A DNA stretch of 64,000 nucleotides, taken from assembly GCA_002633005.1 (NCBI GenBank), contig NMRA01000002.1, forward strand, positions 1,274,077 through 1,338,076. Direction: 5' to 3'. Under the pieces are notes generated by a model. The model had not been told where the DNA came from, did not search any database, and worked only from the letters and a program-made list of their open reading frames with translations. Every line of letters starts with the position of its first letter. Position 1 is the first letter of the stretch. Shown here in pieces: positions 54,301 through 62,425 of the stretch. The DNA comes from Phoronis australis (Eukaryota > Animalia > Phoronida). The position numbers and the translations under genes were made by a program.

Positions 54301-57300
54301 GACCTCTACATGCAAATGATTGACTCTGACACTGCTTCAGTCATATGGCACTACCTAAAGCCATTACTGCGTGGTACCATACTGTTCTCTCCAGACACAC
54401 CGGCTGTGAGAAGAATCATTAAAATGGCTAACTCAACATTCTTCGAGATAAGCCGACTGCAGGAGTTTGCTCGAACAGTCTTGGCAGGCTCTGATGGTTT
54501 GTCACAGTTGATGAACCAAGACTTCTCCAAGCTTGAGGTAAAGCGTATTTGCTATGACTCGCACATGTTTGGAATACTTTGTTGTCAGAGTACAGCTGGT
54601 GATGTCGGTCAAAATGCCCATTAGTGGATATCATACTCAAGCAGTGGTGACATCTCACCACTTGGTATAGCCGTTCAACATGCCATCTGTGTCGTCACAC
54701 TGTCACATCTAAACTTACCAATATTTCTCTTGAAGATGATTGGTTACATATCACAATAAGGTATCATAATTAAATTTTGTCGTTGTGGTGATGTTATATG
54801 GTGCATGTTTATAAATCAATTCTCTACATTGGCTGTGAGCTTTAGTTGGGACTAATGGGTGGTGATTGAGATATAGCTTTAGTGTTCACCACTGATTATA
54901 GTGCTAACTGAATTCTGTGACATCCTCTTAATAATTACAGAATGCCCTCAAGAACTCATTTGTCAGCACTGCCATCCAACAGATGACCGGCGTTAAGAGC
55001 CAGGACCTGCTAAATAGTCTGACCAACTTTGGTGGCATGTCACCTGACGACTTCAAGAACATCCAGCGACTGGCTGAACTAGTCGTTGATTTTCTTGACT
55101 GTGTAAATATGGACGTGTTCCAGCCTGTGGCAACATCGGAGGAAGCTAACAAAGAGGCAGTCAAGTTGGCAGCCAAGGGCAAGTTCATCGCTAGTGAGTG
55201 CCAGCTTTTACTCTTGTCAACCTGGTTTTGACTTTGTGAATTAGTTTGTCCATTATCAGTGAAATTACGCAGCGATTTTGTGCTGTACATGGAAATGCAT
55301 CAAAATGTCACTCAAAGGGGTTCAGGTTATTCTGCTGCATCTGTTTCCTGTCTCTTCTGGTCCATGAAGCGTAATTCACTTATATGTGAAATGCTCTGTT
55401 TTCAACACAGGAGGAATAAGTCATTGGTCTTTTATGTTGTTTGTGTTCTTTATCCTTTTACTTTCAGTAAAGGGTTCAGGGGATTCAAATTTCCGTCAAT
55501 GATTTTATCCTCGTCAAAATAGCTTTCAGCAAAAATAAAGGCCATCTGCTTCAGTCAAATCATGACCACAAGGTGTCTGGTATGTCTATTTTAAGGCAAG
55601 TGTAAACGTTTGGTTCTCTCGAAGCTGGGGTCTGAGATCCAATAGTGCTATATCACATTTCTGCAACGGGTCATGAAGAACAAACAGCCATTGACAAAAT
55701 CACAGATCCACAGACTTTTAGTTATTTTCACATCATAATTTTATTTTGTATTTTTTTTGTCATCATGTCACTACACTCTGTATTTTGTAATGATATTAAT
55801 TTTTAGTAGTCCTTTGGCATTCATAATTTGTTTTGCAGGTGTGGAGTTCTTAAATATGGATCAAAGACGCAGCCGTAGAGATGCAGAGTCTTCTGATGGC
55901 ATTCCCAAACACATCCAGTATAAAATCAGAACAAGTACAGACAACAGTCCACCGACAGAACGAATAAAGGATTTGTATGTTCATTTGAGTGAAACTCTTG
56001 AGTTTTGTTTAGTATTGTAATAGTTGGACTTTGTTATTGTTTGCTACTTTAGTGAAAGGTTAAATATCAAAAACAAGATGTCGTTCTTCATATCGGCATT
56101 TCAATACTTCTCGATATCATCGTCAGTCATTTAGTTAGTACACACGTGCAATAAGTATGTACAATGGCGAGAAAAGATCTTAATCTATTACTTTACATTA
56201 CAGTACTGTACGTTCAGCTCCTGCCTCAGCTCCAGTTTGTATGCCCCGAGTTCTCAATTAGTGAGAGATGTGCTTAATATCTAAATAATCTATGCCGAAA
56301 AACATCATGATATTGTTTACACAGAAGAAAACTGTCTAGGTTTCATAAACCCCTGCATTGAAATGTGCGATGTCTATTTTACTCTCACAGGTTGTGGGTG
56401 CCGGGACCTGAAGATAGCTTTGCCTTCGATTTGTCATATCTGCGAGGCTTTGTACAGTTACAGGAGATGATAGACAGAGCTATCATAAAGGTACATGCTC
56501 GTGATAATGTCACGCTTCCTGTCACCTACCTGCAGCAGGAACCCTACCCCTGTTACGAGAAGGACAGGTGAGTACACTTGTGTATGAGTTGGTAAGATGT
56601 CGCGTGTGAACAGAGTATTGGGATAGACTATTGGAAGTTTAGCCAACTTTCGTAACTACTAAAAACATCTTGTTACAGTTAGGAGCCTAGGGAAATACGG
56701 AAATGTGGTTAACTTTGTGACACTGTATTAGAAATGACTGATCGGAGTCATTTTGTTTTTTGCACTGCTGTTTAATATGTTGTTTGAATTAATTTAAAAT
56801 TTGTCCACTTTTGCATGAAGGCTACCAAAACTAGGGCTTTTTGTTAATTTTTTGAAAAACTAGAAAATTGCATAAAATGAAAACTAATGATAACTTGAGT
56901 ATTGTAACAGCATCTTTGATGACTTCATCTTGAACATGTATCTCAAACAAAATTTGGTCACGTTTTTGATTCCAGTGTATCGGTATAATTGTAACTTGTT
57001 TGCTAAATTTTACTAAAAAGACATGCCCATGTGACGTATTCAATGGAAGTTTGGTAAAAAGTTAATAAATCTAATTCTGTTATCAGAAAATGTATGTATA
57101 TAGTTGAAATAGACAGTTTTGTAGCTATTTGGCTGAGTGCAGACTGTTGGATGAGCTACTCTTTAACATTTGTGCCACTCTGTTCCCTGCTTCCAAAAGT
57201 AAATTAATCATTTTTTATCTCCAGTCTTGTGTTCATTAATTTTTAGTCCTTGTTTCAAGTTAGTCACAAAAAAATAATACTTTGCAGTATCAGTATTTAG

Positions 57301-60300
57301 AATTAAGTCGTATCCTATTTGTTGGAGTTCAGTTTAATTATTTGGTCCATTTTCTTTCAGCTTTGTTCACTGGTTCCGTTTCGTCATTCCCATCATGATG
57401 ACACTTGCGTTCATCTTTGTCATCGCCAACGCTGTCCGCCTGGCTGTCTATGACAAGCAGACGGGTATGGACGAGACGTTGAAGATCATGGGACTGAACG
57501 CCAGCACTGATTGGCTGGCCTGGTTCCTCAACATCTTCCTAGGAATGGTCGTTATGAGCATTATTCTGGTCATCATCCTCAAAGTCAGCGGAATTCTTCG
57601 CTACAGCGATCCCATCATTCTAGGCCTCTTCTTCATATGCTTCTCCTTCTCTACACTCATGCTCTGGTACGTCTGCACCTGTAGTCATCATTGTTTGACC
57701 ACGGCTTTTTATAATTTATCTCGTGTGATCTAGAGCTACCGATATCTACTACAACTGTCTGTACTGACTTAAGTAATTTGTTTATGTCTACACATTTTGC
57801 TAATTGAATCTCAAGCTTTTTGCACTGTGATTTATATGTCATATGATGTTTGAAATTGACAACATGAAAGTTCTTAACAGTAACAATGTGAAAGTACATA
57901 GTAACAATCGCCCACTCCTTAGATGCATTGCACTACCTAGATGCATTGCACTACCTAGATGCATTGCACTCCGTAGATGCATTGCACTACCTAGATGAAT
58001 TGCACTCCCAAAAACTCATGGTCACACGAGTCCTCACAGGATGTGTTACAAGCAAATCACATGATCACACTGGCTTTACTCGTTTGATATGTGCATCTTT
58101 ATAACTCACCCTTAACTAGCAATAAAGTTTTTTATTCAGTATAAGAAGTTTTAGCCAATATAATCCTCTTTAGGCTTAATGTTATCTTAAAACTTAATCA
58201 CAAAATTTGCCGTTTTTACAATAATAGTAATTTCAAAATACTTGTTATCTTCATTCTCGGAAACTCAATTTATACGAATTATGTAACCATTAAGCGAGAA
58301 TAAAGATTAAGTTGAACCACCTTCAAGCGCATGGAAATTTGTTTACTACTTATACAAGGTCAAAGGTTGCAGAGCTGTCACTCAAATTGAATCTCCTGCT
58401 TGGCATGTACACTTCCCACAATTCAGTCTTTTCATTTACTGAGTCACCATAAGAGTGAGTTATTGAGGTGTACATGGCAGGGAAAGATGCCATGGAAAAT
58501 GAAGACAAAACATATTTTGATTCCGAGTGAGTTGCACGTCTGAGTACATACGACGGTTGATAACGTTGTGATGAATGCACCGAGTTGACAACGGCGTCTG
58601 GCATCTCATATTTTTATAATCCCTGATCTTTTTTCTTTCAGAAAAATATATATTTTTACAGTTGACATATCCTGGTATATTTATGCATGAGTTGGAATGG
58701 AGGTCATTCAATAAGGTTTGAGATAACAAACTAATGAAGTCTGTTATGTTTTCGTCTTGTCGTTGATGATGATGATGAAGGATTAGGAAATAATTGTGAT
58801 CTTAGTCTAGAAACCTATTAACTTCTATGTTGACCAGATGACTCAGGTTTGTTATTCACTGCTATACAACTATTCATTACCCTTGTTCATCACATGACGT
58901 CATTTCGATTGATATTAAGTTCCAACCTTTGCTTCCAGTTACCTGATCAGTGTGTTCTTCAACCGTACCAACCTGGCTGCCCTGACAGGGATCATCGTCT
59001 ACCTCACCATGTACCTTCCCTATGTCTTCGTCACCGTCCTCGACCAACAGCTGCTCTTTTGGGAGAACATGATAGTGGTAAGTTAATTGTATCTCTCAGT
59101 CTCCATAGTCTATATACTGTTACATTCTATTAATGTGTCATATTCCCAGCACCTTGAGAGACTGTTGAGTATACAACTTGTCATCTAGTTCCATTGAAGT
59201 CATTGTAAAGAAAGTGGAGAGGTCAGTAGTTTAGTCAAGTATCAGTAAGGTATTTTAAGTAATTTAGTTAAGTATCAGTAGGGCAAGTAATTTAGTCAAG
59301 TATCAGTAGGGTATTTTAAGGGTTTTAGTAGGGTATTAAGTAATTTAGTCAAGTATCAGTAGGGTATTTTAAGGGTTTTAGTAGGGTATGAAGTAATTTA
59401 GTCAAGTATCAGTAGGGTATTTTAAGGGTTTTAGTAGGGTATTAAGTAATTTAGTCATTACGAGTAAAACACAAATTGTGTAAGCTGGTGCAAAGATGGG
59501 GATGAAGAAAACGAAGTAGATTCATACTTATTAGGTAAACTGGAAATTTTGTTTATTTATAATTACTAAAGATGATGTTAAGATCCGCTAACCTCTTGCC
59601 TGTACTAGTAGTCAGTAATAGCCATAAAATGTACTAACCTCTTGTCGTTTGTTACAGTGCCTATTCTCCACCTCTGCGTTCAGTCTCGGCTGTGCTTATG
59701 TGACTCGCTACGAAGAGCAAGGCATTGGTATCCAGTTTTCCAACATTGACCGTAGTCCCATGGCTGGGGACGATTTGACTCTCTCTTGGTGTTGCATTAT
59801 GATGGTCATCGATGCTGCCATCTATGGAGTCATTGCCTGGTACATCCGTCACGTGTTCCCTGGGAAGCTGGGTATGCCTCAACCGTGGTACTTCTTTTTG
59901 ACCCCGAGGTACTGGGGTTGCTGTCTTGGCTCAAGTCACAAGTACAAGGCGCGGAGGTCATCGAGTAATGTGGAGAATGGAGGTATGTATGGGTTGGGAG
60001 GGTGGACGCTTGTGCAAGGGTAGTGGAGAATGGAGGTATGTATGGGTTGGGAGGGTGGACGCTTGTGCTGGGGTAGTGAAGAATGGAAGTATATGTGCGA
60101 GGGCTATGTGTCATTCTTATAGGTGAAGTTGCTCCGTAAAGCTGCATTTTGCCTGGTTTTGTTTCTAGTTAAATACAAAAAAAATTGAATTAGGTCATCA
60201 AATCAGACTCATAATATTCCTTATTGTGAAGGAATTCTAGTTGCATTAATAACTCAAGTCTCATGCATATGCACGTGCCATTTTTTGATTTCACAATTTT

Positions 60301-62377
60301 AGGGTTAGATAACTCCAATAAACTCTGAAGCATTTTCTTGAGCAGCTGATGGTTTCAATGTTTTGACTGGTAACAGAAATAAAATCTTATATTGACAGGG
60401 TGAAGGGTGAAATGCAACTTTAAACACTCTAGTGATTTTATCAATGTACGTCACATACTCTAGTGAATATCAATGTACATCACATACTCCATTAACTGTC
60501 AATGTTCGTCATATACTCCAATGACTTTATCAATGTACGTAATAATACACATAATCCAATGGCTATCAAATGTACATCGCATACTCCAGTAACTGTCAAT
60601 TTATGTCACATACTCCAGTGATTGTCAATGAATGTACATCACCAATAATTGTACGTCACATACTCCAGTGACTTTATCAATGTACGTCACATACTCCAGT
60701 GACTTTATCAATGTACGTCACATACTCCAGTGATTGTCAATGTACGTCACATATTCCAGTGACTGTCAATGTACGTCACAAACTTCAGTGACTGTCAATG
60801 TACGTCACATACTCCAGTGATTGTCAATGTACGTCACATACCCCAGTGACTGTCGATGTACGTCACATACCGCAGTGATTGTCAATGTATTTCTCATTGT
60901 TTCAGCTGACTGCGTAGTGGAGCCATTGATAACTGGACTTCCTGTTGGTATTGGCATTGACAGCATGACCAAGAAATACAAGAAGAACAAGTTGCCTGCC
61001 ATTGATAACCTCAATTTGGATTTCTTTGAGGGTCAAGTGTCGGCACTGCTTGGGGAAAATGGAGCTGGTAAAACAACCACCATGTAAGTCAAAGCATGAT
61101 AAGATTTCATTATTTTGGTCAGGGGTTGCTTCGTTGGTGCTCTCCTTTCACTCTGTATTCTTTCTTCCGTCTTTATATCCTAACTCCATGTTCTTTCTTC
61201 TCTTATTGGCTCCTCACTCCATGTTCTTTTCTTCTCTCTTTGGCCCTTCGCTCTTTGCTCTTTCTTCCGCCTGTGTCCCATCACTCTGTATCCTGTCTTC
61301 TCTCTTTGACCCCCTCTCTCAATATTTGTTCTTGTCTGTTATGCTCCTTAGTTTGTTTATACTCTGTATTTTCTCTATGTGGTCACTCACTCCACAGTCT
61401 TCATGTATCACTCAAGTTAAGAATGACTACGGGAACGTTAGAGACAAGTCTGCCAGTGAACATGGGAGTTGAATTGAGTCCTGACAGCTCAGACTCAACA
61501 GTCCAGATGCTTACAGTATGCTGCTCATTCTGTATTGTAATGGAAACATTTTCTAACATGATGAGCCGTCAGTGAGTGTGTTTAACACTCATGTAAAGCT
61601 GGCTTAACTTGGAAACATGGTAGTGACATGTATCTGTCCAAGACGCACTGTGCATGCTGTTAATTCTCTTCTAAGTGAAGGATGTCCATGGTACGGGCCA
61701 TTTTCCCAGGACGAAGCATTTGAGGAGCAGACTATATTTCACCATTCTTCATTTTCTGCGTCTTTAAACAGAGACGCTGTATTGAATTGTTACAGCTGAG
61801 GCTAGACCTGTCGTATGTACTACAAGTTTGTCATTTGTTTCCAGCAAAACACTGATTGGAATGTTTCCACCAACTAAAGGCACCGCCTACATCAATGACC
61901 TTGATGTGAGAACAGACTTTTTGAAGATACGCCGTGACTTGGGTTACTGTCCTCAGCAGGACACACTGTTTGAAGAGTAAGTACTTTCAATGTAAAAGGA
62001 AACAGCGATTCTTAGGAAAGACCATGGTTCTGCCTGTTTATTGATCATGCTTAACAGTTGTGTGCTTCCTGTAACATTACAGATTAGCAGGTTAAAATGA
62101 CAGATGTACCTGTGCAATAAAACTGTTTGATGGTTGCAAAGCCAAAAGGTGTCACTAGCTTACAGACTGTGACTGTCCATGAAAAGAATCCAACACTGAT
62201 ACCCCCACCAGTCGAGTTTGGGCAACTCGACCATTTCGCTAACTTTAAAATCCACCGCCATCTTCATAGAAACCGTGCAGCTTCCTTTTCTGGATATTGA
62301 TACGGGCAATCAGGTGCAAAATTGCCCATCATCAACGTGGTTGTAAACATGGGGGACGACAATTTGTTTCATTCGGC

Positions 62378-62425
<48 letters not shown>

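Noticed and set aside
61002-61575. Two hydrophobic ORFs of 156 and 159 aa
   Set aside because: They arise from a pyrimidine-rich low-complexity intron tract after the Walker A exon; including them would break NBD1.
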